A DNA stretch of 64,000 bases from a virus (lineage: Duplodnaviria > Caudoviricetes): the IMG/VR virus record IMGVR_UViG_3300005973_000002; one strand, written 5' to 3'. The first letter of the stretch is position 1, and every line of letters begins with the position of its first letter. Positions 20,505 to 30,608 of this stretch are shown here, in pieces. The notes beneath the pieces are model-generated. The model was not told the DNA's origin, did no database searches, and saw only the letters and a list, made by a program, of their open reading frames with translations. Made by a program: the position numbers and the translations under genes.

Positions 20505-22355
20505 CTATACCACCGTTCCAACAATATCAAAATTTTTGTAACGAAGTTCAAAAATTGAACCAGGTGGTCCAATGATGATTCCTCTGTCTGTGTTGGCACT
20601 TACATCAAATTGCACATCAGAATATTCTCTTGGGTTTGAATCTCCGACAGTGCCTGTAATATTTTTAATGTCAATGGAATTGACTGTCAAAACTCCTAAA
20701 TTGTTGAAAATAATGTTTTGAACTTCGGCAGTTACTATTGGTTGATCAATTTCAAAGTTCTTGATGTTGAAAAATTCTTTCAATTTGTTAATAACATTTT
20801 GAAGAACCTGGCTTGAATTGAACGACGGATTTACAACAATAGAAAACTCAATTTGAAAATTAATTACCTGTGCATCAAGAATGTCAATAGCGTCTGATAC
20901 AAGACGATATTCATTTAAGAATCTTTGTAGATTTAGCTTCAAGCTATCGGGAGAAGCAATCAATCGACTATTGGCATCTCTTGAGATAATAAACAACCGT
21001 GTCGCAAGTGGGTTATTTGGATCAGGTTGAATTGAAGCTCTGAATACACGACCAAAATTACTTGGCATGGTGTAAACACGTGCTAACAAATCTTCTTTTG
21101 TTACGATGCGACCCTGTGACGCCTTCACTGCGGGCACTCTTAATTTCAGTTCATCGATTGTAGGAGCATCCTCCCCGCCAGATGCGGGCGAAGAATTTTG
21201 AGCATCAATACTCTGTCTGACAAATTGTGAAACGCTTGGTGGTGGATTTTCTGGGAAACTTATTACGATTGAATTAAAGCCTCTAATTTGCCTTTCCCCA
21301 ATGTTGTGCGACAAACCTCCACCATAGCGATACTCGATTGTTAATGTTGTATTTGGAGCAATTACGCCAAGCGTGGTGGTTTTTAGCAAATTGCCTGGGT
21401 TGATTGTGAATCTTGAAAACGTTTTCTTTCCATAAAGTGGAACTGCAAATTCTGACGGATCTGGAATGATGTCATCATCGGTTGTTTGAGCGTTACCACC
21501 TCCAAATGTAAGTGTTGTTAATCTTGATTCCAAAGCAGTAGTCGTAGTAAAGCGATATGGAGCGGGAATCGGAACAAGATTTTCCGCAACTATGTCAGAA
21601 TCATCTGAACCGTTCTCAATCGCTCGAAAAACAGTATCTTGTGTAAGATGTTCTACTTCGTAATATTGGTTACCCAATGAATCACGAACCGAAATAATCT
21701 CGGTAACGTTTTCTTGCGTAAGAACAAAACGACGAAACGGAGTAAATGCCCCCACAGAGAAAGAATCCACTTGTCGAAATCCTGAAATGCAAACACCAGC
21801 AAGAGAAAGAATAAAGGTGGTAGGATTATTGTTTGAATCTCTGTTGCCGACTCTGACGGTTGCAACAAGATTGTTTGAGTTGTCTCTCTCTCTGAAATCC
21901 AAATCTTCAGTTAGTTCAAACTGTGTGCCATTTTGAGCACGAACAACAGTTCCCTGATGAATGATTGGCAAAGACTCAGGATCAGGAACAGCCGGTATTC
22001 CTGATGCGGGTACTTCTACTAAAAAATTTACAGTCACTACAGCTGGAGAAGCTCCTACAATAGGAACACCAGCATTTCTGATTATCTTTTCTATGTTAAC
22101 GTTTTCTACTGCCGTATCAATTGAAAGCTCATGAAACTGGTGATCCAAATAGAACGATTGAACATCACCTGTATATGCAGCAAAGTCAAGGAGCAAACCT
22201 CCCAGGCTTGCTTCTGAGAAATCTCTAATGACATCAGGGAAGTGTGTACGTGCGTAATTAAGCAAATCAGCTTTTAGAGAATTAAAATCTTTGTTAAGAT
22301 AGCGACGCTCCCTTACCTGCTTTAATATTTTATCTTTACTATTAACTGGTGTCAC
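20505..22355 (-). CDS. gp6: Baseplate wedge protein (T4 gp6 / baseplate J-like)
   Basis: YLNKDFNSLKADL..FP..DFSE.S.GG.LLD..AY.GD..SFY.D.QF.E; YRYGGG; GGEDAPTIDELK; QGRIVTKED motifs. Confidence 0.9.
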   Translation of the reverse strand: MTPVNSKDKILKQVRERRYLNKDFNSLKADLLNYARTHFPDVIRDFSEASLGGLLLDFAAYTGDVQSFYLDHQFHELSIDTAVENVNIEKIIRNAGVPIVGASPAVVTVNFLVEVPASGIPAVPDPESLPIIHQGTVVRAQNGTQFELTEDLDFRERDNSNNLVATVRVGNRDSNNNPTTFILSLAGVCISGFRQVDSFSVGAFTPFRRFVLTQENVTEIISVRDSLGNQYYEVEHLTQDTVFRAIENGSDDSDIVAENLVPIPAPYRFTTTTALESRLTTLTFGGGNAQTTDDDIIPDPSEFAVPLYGKKTFSRFTINPGNLLKTTTLGVIAPNTTLTIEYRYGGGLSHNIGERQIRGFNSIVISFPENPPPSVSQFVRQSIDAQNSSPASGGEDAPTIDELKLRVPAVKASQGRIVTKEDLLARVYTMPSNFGRVFRASIQPDPNNPLATRLFIISRDANSRLIASPDSLKLNLQRFLNEYRLVSDAIDILDAQVINFQIEFSIVVNPSFNSSQVLQNVINKLKEFFNIKNFEIDQPIVTAEVQNIIFNNLGVLTVNSIDIKNITGTVGDSNPREYSDVQFDVSANTDRGIIIGPPGSIFELRYKNFDIVGTVV

Positions 22356-22365
22356 TTGTTTCTCC

Positions 22366-22839
22366 TTAGATGATGAACAGTTCTAGCTCCAGCGCTTCTT
22401 CTATGATGTTTAGTTGCGTCACTGAGTAAATAAGGAAAATTCTAATTTTTCCTGTAAATTGATTATCGTCAAAATCTGCCCTTGAATCAAAAGCAACTGG
22501 TTGGACAAATGGCATCCATCTTGTAATTGCCGTGTTAATTCGAACCATCGCCTCTGTGTCGAAATCATCTTTGTTTGAATATTCTGTTAATAATGGTCGA
22601 AGGTTTGCTCCAAATTGTGTTAAGGCAATTCTCTCACCCCAATTTGTTAAAAGAAGATTTCTAAGGTTGTCTTTAATCTGATCCCTTAGTTCGGTATTCA
22701 TTTCGAATAAGGTTTTGCCACCGACCAACTGAAGCGGGGTCTTAATTCCAATTGGTATAGTGGAACGATTTCTTGTGAGAACGTTCGTTCTTTGTTGCTG
22801 GGCAATAACACCCACTCCTTTGAAACTTCGTCTTGCCAT
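22366..22839 (-). CDS. gp25: Baseplate wedge protein (gp25/GPW family)
   Basis: QIKDNLRNLLLTNWGERI...FGANL...AITRWMPFV pattern. Confidence 0.9.
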   Translation of the reverse strand: MARRSFKGVGVIAQQQRTNVLTRNRSTIPIGIKTPLQLVGGKTLFEMNTELRDQIKDNLRNLLLTNWGERIALTQFGANLRPLLTEYSNKDDFDTEAMVRINTAITRWMPFVQPVAFDSRADFDDNQFTGKIRIFLIYSVTQLNIIEEALELELFII

Positions 22840-22864
22840 TTTGAATAAGTATTGCTAAGTAAAA

Positions 22865-23176
22865 TTACGACGTTGATGTTCCTGTCGGTCCTGCGGAACC
22901 AAATGCCTGCAATCTTGATTCCAAGTTTTCAACCCGGCCTTGTAAATCTTCTATTTGCTGCAACAGCGCTCTAATAACAGTGTTTACAATAGCACGTGAT
23001 CTTAATTCGGCTTCGATGCCGACGGCTGCTTCGGTCAACACCTCAGGGTTAATTCTTTGAATTCCACCCCGTCGAGCAATTTCTTCTTGAATTCTTTGTG
23101 TAATTTGCTCTGTTGAATTTTCCCACTGCTGATCAAGCTCTTGAATGAGTCCATTTAATTTGTCTCTACTAACCAT
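22865..23176 (-). CDS. Hypothetical coiled-coil protein
   Basis: 103-aa ORF with heptad-like Q/E/L pattern. Confidence 0.6.
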   Translation of the reverse strand: MVSRDKLNGLIQELDQQWENSTEQITQRIQEEIARRGGIQRINPEVLTEAAVGIEAELRSRAIVNTVIRALLQQIEDLQGRVENLESRLQAFGSAGPTGTSTS

Positions 23177-23335
23177 ATTGTTTTCCTATGTAATGTTATC
23201 ATCAGTATTGAAATAAAACATGCCTTATCTACAAATTGTCTTTTTACATTGACTCTATGAATTTCTAGTGTCCAAATCTTTGTTTAGGCATGTTGTCATT
23301 CTCTGCAAATACAAACGAGGGTCATGTTTTATCAA

Positions 23336-25123
23336 CTATTCCCCAAATATTTTTTCTGACTTGGCTGCCTCTACAAAATCATTAGTGTCTGATGTGCCTT
23401 GCTCAACTGCTTGTGTGGCCTGTTGTTCCAATCTGGTAATCTGAGCCCTGAGAGGGCTAATTGATGTATTGGATATAGTAGTTGCAGAACCAATTGCCTG
23501 TAATGACGCAATCGGAGAGTACGGTATAGCAGTTGCTGAAGCAAATGCTATTTCTACACTTTGAACAACATTTGAAAGTGTTGACAGAAATTCATTATGT
23601 TGCAGCTGAAGCTTGTCTCTGAGTTCTTCAATTTCATCTTGTAATCGATCTACTGTATCTCTAAATTTAGACCAACGAATGTACGGTTCTCCACCTGGCG
23701 TAGGGTCTGAACCAGCACCGGCTAAATCGGCCAATCCACGACCCAATATAATTTTGGGACCATCAACATGAACACCATCTTTTGAAATGAAGAGATGGCA
23801 CAAATCTGTTTCTGATTCGCCTTCACGAACAATTAAGACAGTGCCCTCAATTCCATTATCTTCATCTTTTCTGGCTATCAATCTAATATGATCAGCCTTG
23901 TTTATAATGTAACTTTTATTTGCAGTTTGCTGAGCATCTTCGCTTGGTTGGATAATCTCATTCTTGCTATCCCCTGCTGGAAGGGAATTTTCCGTATATT
24001 CGATTTGGGTGAGGCCAAAATTGACATCGGCATTAGATTGCATTGTCACATATATTCTTGCTGCATCACGCATGTAATCTGGATCACCTTCAATCGGGTT
24101 ATCGCTTAATCGAGATACCCCACCCTGATTAAGGTACGGCGTTTTATAGGTTTCTCTCGTGCCTCTTTCGTTTTGATTTACGAATGGTGCAGTGTTCCCA
24201 TCAAAAACTTCATTAGGGTCCTGAGTGTCTTCAGGCAAGTAACGCCCTCGACCAGTGACAATGTCAATTGTTCCAGCTTGACCCTTGGCATCAGGCTCAT
24301 TGTCCAACAAAGCTCCAAGCGGCCCTCCTCTTCTATCTTCTCCAAGACAAATAAGTGTGTTATTTGAGCCTTGCAGCACAAACTCTTGAGGCCGCTTTCG
24401 CCAACGTGGAACTGGTTCTGGCGTTACAACCCTGCCGTTATCAGGGAACGAGAAATCTCTGATGCCGTCGATAGCATTTGAATATGCAGTGGCTTGCTGA
24501 ATTATTATTTCAAATGGACGTTCTTGAGCTGAGCCAGATGGTGGGATGGTAAATGTATCTTGCGTATTTCCTCCATTGGGAAATCCAGGTAAAGGCTGAT
24601 CTGAACGACGTCGGTCTCTTTGGTCTGTAGTAAAATTTCTAGGATTGTTGAACGGCTGATACCGACGATCATGGTGAGTGTAATTTACATCCTCAACTGT
24701 TCTCTCCATGCTTGCCCTTGTCAACCAATAACCAACCTGTTGACCGCCACCAGCAAAATCATTATAGACTACCTGCACTGTTTCCCCTGGTTGAACAGGC
24801 AGCATGAAATGAGAAGAGAAAAAGGGAAATAAAATTGTGTTTGTTCGTGGGATTGTACCTTGTGAATCGCTCGACAATTTTGCAATTATTGCATTTACCG
24901 GCATAACGTCGGCAAATCTTGGATTGTTAACCGTTCTTCTTATTCTGGTTAATTGATCATCCGAGAGCAAATTTGGGTCCATGATTACGTCAATCACAAC
25001 TGCTCTTTGCATTGTCGGGGTTTGCCCGAACTTTCTTGAACGAGCAATGTCCTCGCCTATCTGGTTGCTGGTTCCAGCACCAGTTAGCCGTCTCGATATT
25101 AAGCCGCCACCTGTTCTAGTCAT
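23336..25123 (-). CDS. Baseplate hub/central spike protein (gp5/VgrG-like OB-fold N-terminus)
   Basis: PVQPGETVQVVY..GYWL OB-fold motif; 'EFVLQGSNNTLICLG' beta-helix start; located next to gp25. Confidence 0.7.
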   Translation of the reverse strand: MTRTGGGLISRRLTGAGTSNQIGEDIARSRKFGQTPTMQRAVVIDVIMDPNLLSDDQLTRIRRTVNNPRFADVMPVNAIIAKLSSDSQGTIPRTNTILFPFFSSHFMLPVQPGETVQVVYNDFAGGGQQVGYWLTRASMERTVEDVNYTHHDRRYQPFNNPRNFTTDQRDRRRSDQPLPGFPNGGNTQDTFTIPPSGSAQERPFEIIIQQATAYSNAIDGIRDFSFPDNGRVVTPEPVPRWRKRPQEFVLQGSNNTLICLGEDRRGGPLGALLDNEPDAKGQAGTIDIVTGRGRYLPEDTQDPNEVFDGNTAPFVNQNERGTRETYKTPYLNQGGVSRLSDNPIEGDPDYMRDAARIYVTMQSNADVNFGLTQIEYTENSLPAGDSKNEIIQPSEDAQQTANKSYIINKADHIRLIARKDEDNGIEGTVLIVREGESETDLCHLFISKDGVHVDGPKIILGRGLADLAGAGSDPTPGGEPYIRWSKFRDTVDRLQDEIEELRDKLQLQHNEFLSTLSNVVQSVEIAFASATAIPYSPIASLQAIGSATTISNTSISPLRAQITRLEQQATQAVEQGTSDTNDFVEAAKSEKIFGE

Positions 25124-25162
25124 AACAGTATGTATATTTTACATAAGAATTCGAGATTTGGA

Positions 25163-25756
25163 CTATGAGAGAACTTCAAAAACTACGCTTTTAATCAAGT
25201 TCTTAATCTCATTAAGTTTTGCAGACAAGTTGTTGACGATTTCATCCTCATTCCAAAGTTCCCTAAGCCCATCTACATCTTTGGTTTCTAACCAAAGCTC
25301 ATGTGCAGCCAAGTATTTTTTATTGTCTTGTCCAGGAACCCAAGGTTTGAAGTCTTCGGGCATTCTTGTCCAATCGCCCCAATCGTTAAATGCGGGATGC
25401 AATGGGATTTCAAGCTTGCCGACCTCTTCATTGAATGGTATGGAATCGTTGAGCATTTTTTTAGCTACACTGGGTGTGATTACCTCCAATACTTTGACAG
25501 GTAATGAATTGACATGCCACATAACTTCCTCAGGAAAAGCATTGTCTGGTAATAACTTAGTTTCAAATACAACAACAGCACTTCTGGATTTGGCTCGGCC
25601 CAAATTTGACATTTGGACATTGGGTACAAAAGCACCACCTTCAATAACTGCAAACACGGCTCCTTTTGGCCCATAACTGCTTTGCCACAATTGACCAGAA
25701 CCAGAAATAGCCTTTGCCCCCTCTAAGTCTGTAAAATGTAGATACTTTCGCCCCAT
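25163..25756 (-). CDS. ADP-ribosyltransferase-like protein (HYD-type signature)
   Basis: YLHFTDLEGAKAISGSGQL..GAVFAV resembles the H-x-T..g...I..sg.L ART pattern. Confidence 0.55.
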   Translation of the reverse strand: MGRKYLHFTDLEGAKAISGSGQLWQSSYGPKGAVFAVIEGGAFVPNVQMSNLGRAKSRSAVVVFETKLLPDNAFPEEVMWHVNSLPVKVLEVITPSVAKKMLNDSIPFNEEVGKLEIPLHPAFNDWGDWTRMPEDFKPWVPGQDNKKYLAAHELWLETKDVDGLRELWNEDEIVNNLSAKLNEIKNLIKSVVFEVLS

Positions 25757-25792
25757 AACTGCCTTTATGTATTCTTTAGGATAATTACTCTC

Positions 25793-26302
25793 ATGTCAAC
25801 AAATAAAAAAACAGATGAAGATTTGCTAGACGATTTTGAGTCTATGCTGTCAGATAAAATGGCAGAAGAAGACAAACCATATCAATATACGGAACAATCT
25901 TTTGACCCACAAGTGCCAGAAACAAGTTTTAAGCCAACACCAACTAAAGAACTTGATAAAAAAATCAACAAACAACTAAAAGACTTTAGTTCATTGCTTG
26001 ATTCTTTATCTTCACTTGAAGATAAAAAGAAGGCACTATGGAAACAGATTTATGAAAATTCTGTTACGGATCGCAAAAACGCATATATTTTGTTTGGTGA
26101 TCTCTATAAAGATGTTCACAACAATCCAAATGAGCATGCCATTCATGGCCCAACCTTAGCCAAGTATCTTGAACGAATGGAAAAATCAAATCAACAGCTT
26201 ATTAAACTTGCTGAAATGATTGATGATGTAGTTGAAGAAGAAGAAGATTTGCTTACTGATGAAGATTCTATTTACGACAGGATTCAAAAGGGACAAAGGT
26301 GA
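25793..26302 (+). CDS. Hypothetical acidic helical protein
   Basis: 169-aa ORF preceded by an ATAATTA motif; coiled-coil-like. Confidence 0.7.
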   Translation: MSTNKKTDEDLLDDFESMLSDKMAEEDKPYQYTEQSFDPQVPETSFKPTPTKELDKKINKQLKDFSSLLDSLSSLEDKKKALWKQIYENSVTDRKNAYILFGDLYKDVHNNPNEHAIHGPTLAKYLERMEKSNQQLIKLAEMIDDVVEEEEDLLTDEDSIYDRIQKGQR

Positions 26303-28386
26303 TGGCGTTTTTTCTGAAAAAATTGATTAAAGAAGAAGTAAGAAAAACTTTGCGATTGCTCACTGAGGGTATCGTCCACATTGACAAACTCAAGCCAGAA
26401 GAGCTTTTAGAGTTTCTTAGAGGGTGGAATTTAGATAAGGCCAGGTTCCATGTGTCAGAAAAAATGGATGGCAATTACATGGCTTTGGGGGTGGACAATG
26501 GTCAGTTTTACTTGAGAAGCAAAAGTAAAACATTTGAGTCTGCCGATGATGTCCCAAATATATTCTTCATGAACGACTTTAGGAAATACTTCAATCTGCT
26601 TCAGTCCATTCCTTGGAATGAAATTTTTGTTAAGATGGCTACAAAGTGGAATTTTGATTTTGACGGAACGTTTGAAATCGAGGGTGAGGCCATTCCATCG
26701 TTCGACCACAACATTGTTATTTATGATGAGGCAAAAATTGGGGATGGTATCTTTCTTATTTTTAATACAAAATCTACTATGGGCAAAGAAAAAAGTGGAA
26801 GAGTTCACAATCCAGAAATGTGGCTTGACCTTGCGCAAGAGGTTAACAAATACAGCTCAGTTAAATTCTTTTCTGTACCACAGGTAAGTTTAGACGACCT
26901 GGAATTTGATAACGATCTTATCGTAAATTTAGAAGCTCTTATTCAAGAACACGGTAACTTTTTAAAAAAGCCAGCCAGAACACAAGCTGCCAAGGAACTC
27001 AAAGCCAAACTGTTGGCGACAATAGCAGAGCTTGGAAAACAAGCCAAGAGGCAAGCTCTACAAGTACCAGTATCAAGCAAATTTGGCCCGGAAGTAGAGG
27101 GCGTTGTTATTTCTGGACCAGGGGGGAAATTAGTAAAAATTGTTGACACAGAAAAGTTCACTGCCAGAAAAGAAAGAAACTGGCATTTCATTAATCAACT
27201 AATTTCGGCCGAGCGTGATTTCAAAAAAAGGATAAAAGAAAACCCACAAGATTTGGAACTACATCTGCTTGAATGGCAAGAAGAAGTAGAGGACATCCAA
27301 AAAGACTTTGATAAAAATGGGCACAAATACATAACGATCCGAAAGAAATTTGAAGATACGCAAAATGGAATTGACTTTGCATTGGGCATGATAAAAGCGA
27401 TGAAAGATCGCCTTGATGCTGGGCAAACTTCTGAGGAGGTTATTGCTGCCTTCAACAATCGTCAAGTTGTTCCCGAAAATGCGAAATCGCTTTCTGAATC
27501 AGTTTTTATTACCGAAGCTGAACTCAATGAAGGTGGAAATGTTTTTGATGAGATGAATTCTGTAGTGCCAAAATCACTTCTTGAACCAAGTATTGAAAGA
27601 GCGATGGTATTAGCCAATTTGGATGGAATTAAATTTGAAATAGTTGGCAACAAAACTAAACCATTCTTCAATGACATTGACGTTGCTATTGATGCAACGG
27701 ATTTGCTGAATTACCTTGGTCTTCCTGAAGGTACTCAAGAATTTTGGGATGAGCTGAATACTCATCTGGCAAGATCTAACGTTGAAAAATATTCAATCAT
27801 CAAGGGCCTAAAGCAGTTTCATATTTTGGTTCCACTTATTGACAGTTCCGGTGAACAGGTTAGAGCTTTCTTACCAGATGGTGAAAGCAGAAGTGACGAA
27901 CCTGCGTTAATTCAAATTGATGTGTTTGTTGGAAACTTGCAGTGGATGAAAGATATCAATTCTGGTGCGCCAGAATCAAGCAAATACAAGGCATCGTATA
28001 GGAATATGTTACTTGCGTCAATAGCTTCAGTAGTTCAATGGAGCATAGAAGGCGATTCAGACAATGAGTATTTTCGTTATGTGATGAATTTCAGGGACGG
28101 ACTAAAGCGACAGAAGATCAAAGTAATTTCACCAAGTGGCAGAAGAAAAAAACCTAAAAAGGAAAAGCTATCGGACCAAGTAGTAACTTCAAACCCTGAT
28201 GATCTTGCCAAAATTCTTTTCGGCAAAGGTGTCAAATGGTCTGACATGAATTCATTTGAAGAATTATACAATCTTCTTACAAGTAAAAAATTTCGCTTTG
28301 AAAAATTTTTACCTGAAATCATCAAGGAATTTAGAACCTCGCTAGAAAAACAAGGCATGGAAGTTCCTAAACAAGTTTCTGAATGA
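26299..28386 (+). CDS. Fusion: RNA/DNA-ligase-like adenylation domain plus Pol-beta-type nucleotidyltransferase
   Basis: Ligase motifs I (SEKMDG), III (EIEGE), IIIa (FLIF), IV (EGVVI) and V (LVKIV). Second half has GGNVF..G..K..NDIDVAID..QIDVFVG (DxD plus third Asp). Confidence 0.7.
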   Translation: MMAFFLKKLIKEEVRKTLRLLTEGIVHIDKLKPEELLEFLRGWNLDKARFHVSEKMDGNYMALGVDNGQFYLRSKSKTFESADDVPNIFFMNDFRKYFNLLQSIPWNEIFVKMATKWNFDFDGTFEIEGEAIPSFDHNIVIYDEAKIGDGIFLIFNTKSTMGKEKSGRVHNPEMWLDLAQEVNKYSSVKFFSVPQVSLDDLEFDNDLIVNLEALIQEHGNFLKKPARTQAAKELKAKLLATIAELGKQAKRQALQVPVSSKFGPEVEGVVISGPGGKLVKIVDTEKFTARKERNWHFINQLISAERDFKKRIKENPQDLELHLLEWQEEVEDIQKDFDKNGHKYITIRKKFEDTQNGIDFALGMIKAMKDRLDAGQTSEEVIAAFNNRQVVPENAKSLSESVFITEAELNEGGNVFDEMNSVVPKSLLEPSIERAMVLANLDGIKFEIVGNKTKPFFNDIDVAIDATDLLNYLGLPEGTQEFWDELNTHLARSNVEKYSIIKGLKQFHILVPLIDSSGEQVRAFLPDGESRSDEPALIQIDVFVGNLQWMKDINSGAPESSKYKASYRNMLLASIASVVQWSIEGDSDNEYFRYVMNFRDGLKRQKIKVISPSGRRKKPKKEKLSDQVVTSNPDDLAKILFGKGVKWSDMNSFEELYNLLTSKKFRFEKFLPEIIKEFRTSLEKQGMEVPKQVSE

Positions 28387-29199
28387 TTAACGACGATAAA
28401 ACTGGTTGAAAACATCCTGCGTTAAGCCGTAATCAACCAAAACAGGAACTTCTCTGCCATTTCTATTGACCGCACCCCAAGAACTTATACGCATAATATC
28501 ACCAGAAGGCATTCCAAAATCTGCCATCATGGTGACAACATCGCTGAACAATTCTGATTCTTCAATTTCTTCATAGTTGTCAGGAACAGGCATTTTCCAT
28601 CCACGTTGACCTGTTCGATCAATCATGTAATTGTTAAGAGTGGCCATCCAACCATCAAACTTGTGACCAGTGAGCCGCTCCCAATCAGACTTTTTTAATT
28701 TTTTAGCTCGTTCCATTTCAATGTAAAGATAGTTGTCAGCATCATAGTCCTTGACTTCTGCAATTACATTGTAGCCAATGTGCGACACATCTACTTCGAT
28801 TTCGTTTTGCGCCTGTCCCTTTTTGTTGTTTGCAATCTTGACCACCGTGTTTGGATCTACGGCGAAAACAACACGTGCCGAGCCCCCACCAAGTTTGCCA
28901 AGATGCTCACGGGCATAAGCTACTCTTTTACGAAAGCTTGGCAGCGACTTAAATTCTTCAGTGTCAAATCCTTGAGGATAGTCTGCCTCATCAAGCCAAC
29001 CTTCATACAAAGGCTGTTCATGAAGTTCTTCAAGAGCTTCAGCAACCAAATGGCCTATCATTTCCCGTAAATCGTTTTCTGAAATGCTTTTTTCGCCTTC
29101 CTGTTCTTCATTGTCAAACAATAACAATTTTTCTTTGCCGCCAACTTTTACAGTTTTTTTATTGGCTGACTTTTGTTCTTTGGTGTGCCCATCAATCAT
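28387..29199 (-). CDS. Protein kinase-like protein
   Basis: LGGGSARVVF Gly loop, VVKIA lysine, QNEIE helix-C Glu, GDI..SWG catalytic region and LVDYG (DFG equivalent). Confidence 0.8.
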   Translation of the reverse strand: MIDGHTKEQKSANKKTVKVGGKEKLLLFDNEEQEGEKSISENDLREMIGHLVAEALEELHEQPLYEGWLDEADYPQGFDTEEFKSLPSFRKRVAYAREHLGKLGGGSARVVFAVDPNTVVKIANNKKGQAQNEIEVDVSHIGYNVIAEVKDYDADNYLYIEMERAKKLKKSDWERLTGHKFDGWMATLNNYMIDRTGQRGWKMPVPDNYEEIEESELFSDVVTMMADFGMPSGDIMRISSWGAVNRNGREVPVLVDYGLTQDVFNQFYRR

Positions 29200-29438
29200 A
29201 GCTCATCCTTTTCGTACGCTCTAAGAGCGTACGCTTTATGTTCCATTTCTTCAACAGTTTTTTTTAAATTTTCAATGAATCTCATTGCCATGGTAAAGTC
29301 TTTGTCTTGAAGCTTTTCTCTTATATAACCAAACAATTCTTCAACATCCTCTATTTCAGACGTGACTCCAGGTGCGCCAAGTTGTTCTTCGATAGTTTCT
29401 CGTATTATGTTCCGAAGTTCTGATTTTTTGATTTTCAT
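29196..29438 (-). CDS. Small acidic protein with MKIKKSELRNIIRE leader (putative head internal protein)
   Basis: ATG at 29438 overlaps the upstream TGA (ATGA); leader motif shared with several genes. Confidence 0.7.
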   Translation of the reverse strand: MKIKKSELRNIIRETIEEQLGAPGVTSEIEDVEELFGYIREKLQDKDFTMAMRFIENLKKTVEEMEHKAYALRAYEKDEL

Positions 29439-29845
29439 CTGAACGCCCTTTTGTTTTTCCATTCTCTTGCAGAATCATTGTCAAATATTCTCAAGACAAG
29501 ATTTACATATGCTCTTGGATCTTTACCACAACTATTCGCTTGTTCTTCTATGGCCGTTAGCAGTTTATGTGTTGCTGGATATGCACTGTAGGGTTCGAGA
29601 AGTGGCCTCATTGTATATACGACTTCATCAGCGTAATATCCATATGGATGTATATGCTGTTCGCCGAACATAGATTCGATTTCGTCAATCGTAACTTTGG
29701 CTATATGTTCCCACATTCCCGGAGCTGAATCTTCAACTTCTGGCTCAACAATAGCCTCATCCATTTCAATTTCACTCATGGTCTCAGCAGCGAGTGCTTT
29801 GACCAATTGCTCCATCGTATAGCCCATTGGGTCCGAACCGTACAT
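29435..29845 (-). CDS. Hypothetical acidic protein
   Basis: 136-aa ORF coupled to its neighbours. Confidence 0.65.
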   Translation of the reverse strand: MYGSDPMGYTMEQLVKALAAETMSEIEMDEAIVEPEVEDSAPGMWEHIAKVTIDEIESMFGEQHIHPYGYYADEVVYTMRPLLEPYSAYPATHKLLTAIEEQANSCGKDPRAYVNLVLRIFDNDSAREWKNKRAFR

Positions 29846-29857
29846 GAAGTTAATTAT

Positions 29858-30373
29858 TCAAACGTTTTCATTATGATACTGAATCTCAAATCTATATGGT
29901 GGGCGCAAAACAAGTTCTTGGTACACTTCTTCCAATTTTTTGTTAGGCCATTGGTTCTGAATCATGTTTACTTGCTTAGCGATTCGCCTATAAAGATCGT
30001 TTATTTCGAATGGTTCGGGTTGCTTTATCAATTCTTTGACTTCAATAGCTTCATGCAAACCAATTAATCTACCGAATAAAATCTTGCATAGTTTATTAGC
30101 TTTTCTAATAGAAAAGAAGGAGCCATAATGATAGCGATAAGCATCGGCAATTTCGTTTGTTTGTCTGGTGAACAGAATATTTTGAAGTTGTACCGGACCG
30201 CCCTCTTGCATGCGTTTGATGACTGCATTCACTTCATAATCAGACGGTTCTCTCAAGAATAATCTAAGCCAAACGTGATTAATGTCTTCTATTTTGTTGT
30301 CCTTCATATATTCGTAAGCTTCTTCAACTTCAAGCTCAACGAGGAATGGATCGGGATTTGCAAACAATGACAT
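29858..30373 (-). CDS. Hypothetical protein
   Basis: Likely start MSLF at 30373, directly after a CTATTTATA motif. Confidence 0.65.
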   Translation of the reverse strand: MSLFANPDPFLVELEVEEAYEYMKDNKIEDINHVWLRLFLREPSDYEVNAVIKRMQEGGPVQLQNILFTRQTNEIADAYRYHYGSFFSIRKANKLCKILFGRLIGLHEAIEVKELIKQPEPFEINDLYRRIAKQVNMIQNQWPNKKLEEVYQELVLRPPYRFEIQYHNENV

Positions 30374-30594
30374 TTCGAGTATAAATAGCATTGACTAATC
30401 AAACTTGGTTCCAATAAACTTGAACGATAGCACACGTTGCATTAACTTGTTTGAGTTATAATATGGAAATGTAAACTCCGCAGAGACAAATTTGGTATTC
30501 TAAAAAGTTTATATTTTTGTCATTTATTTACCTTTGTTGGAATAAGCACATTAGAATTAATTTTTCGGATTTAGTTTATTCTAGACTTGCGTTA

Positions 30595-30603
30595 TGGTAT
30601 AAT
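30595..30603 (+). promoter_or_regulatory. Host-sigma70 extended -10 promoter (TGnTATAAT)
   Basis: TGGTATAAT lies 5 nt before the ATG at 30609. Confidence 0.5.
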
Positions 30604-30608
30604 GATTT

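Noticed and set aside
30395-30523. SD plus ATG at 30523 (minus strand) suggesting a decayed small gene
   Set aside because: It stops after four codons and no frame gives a recognisable product.
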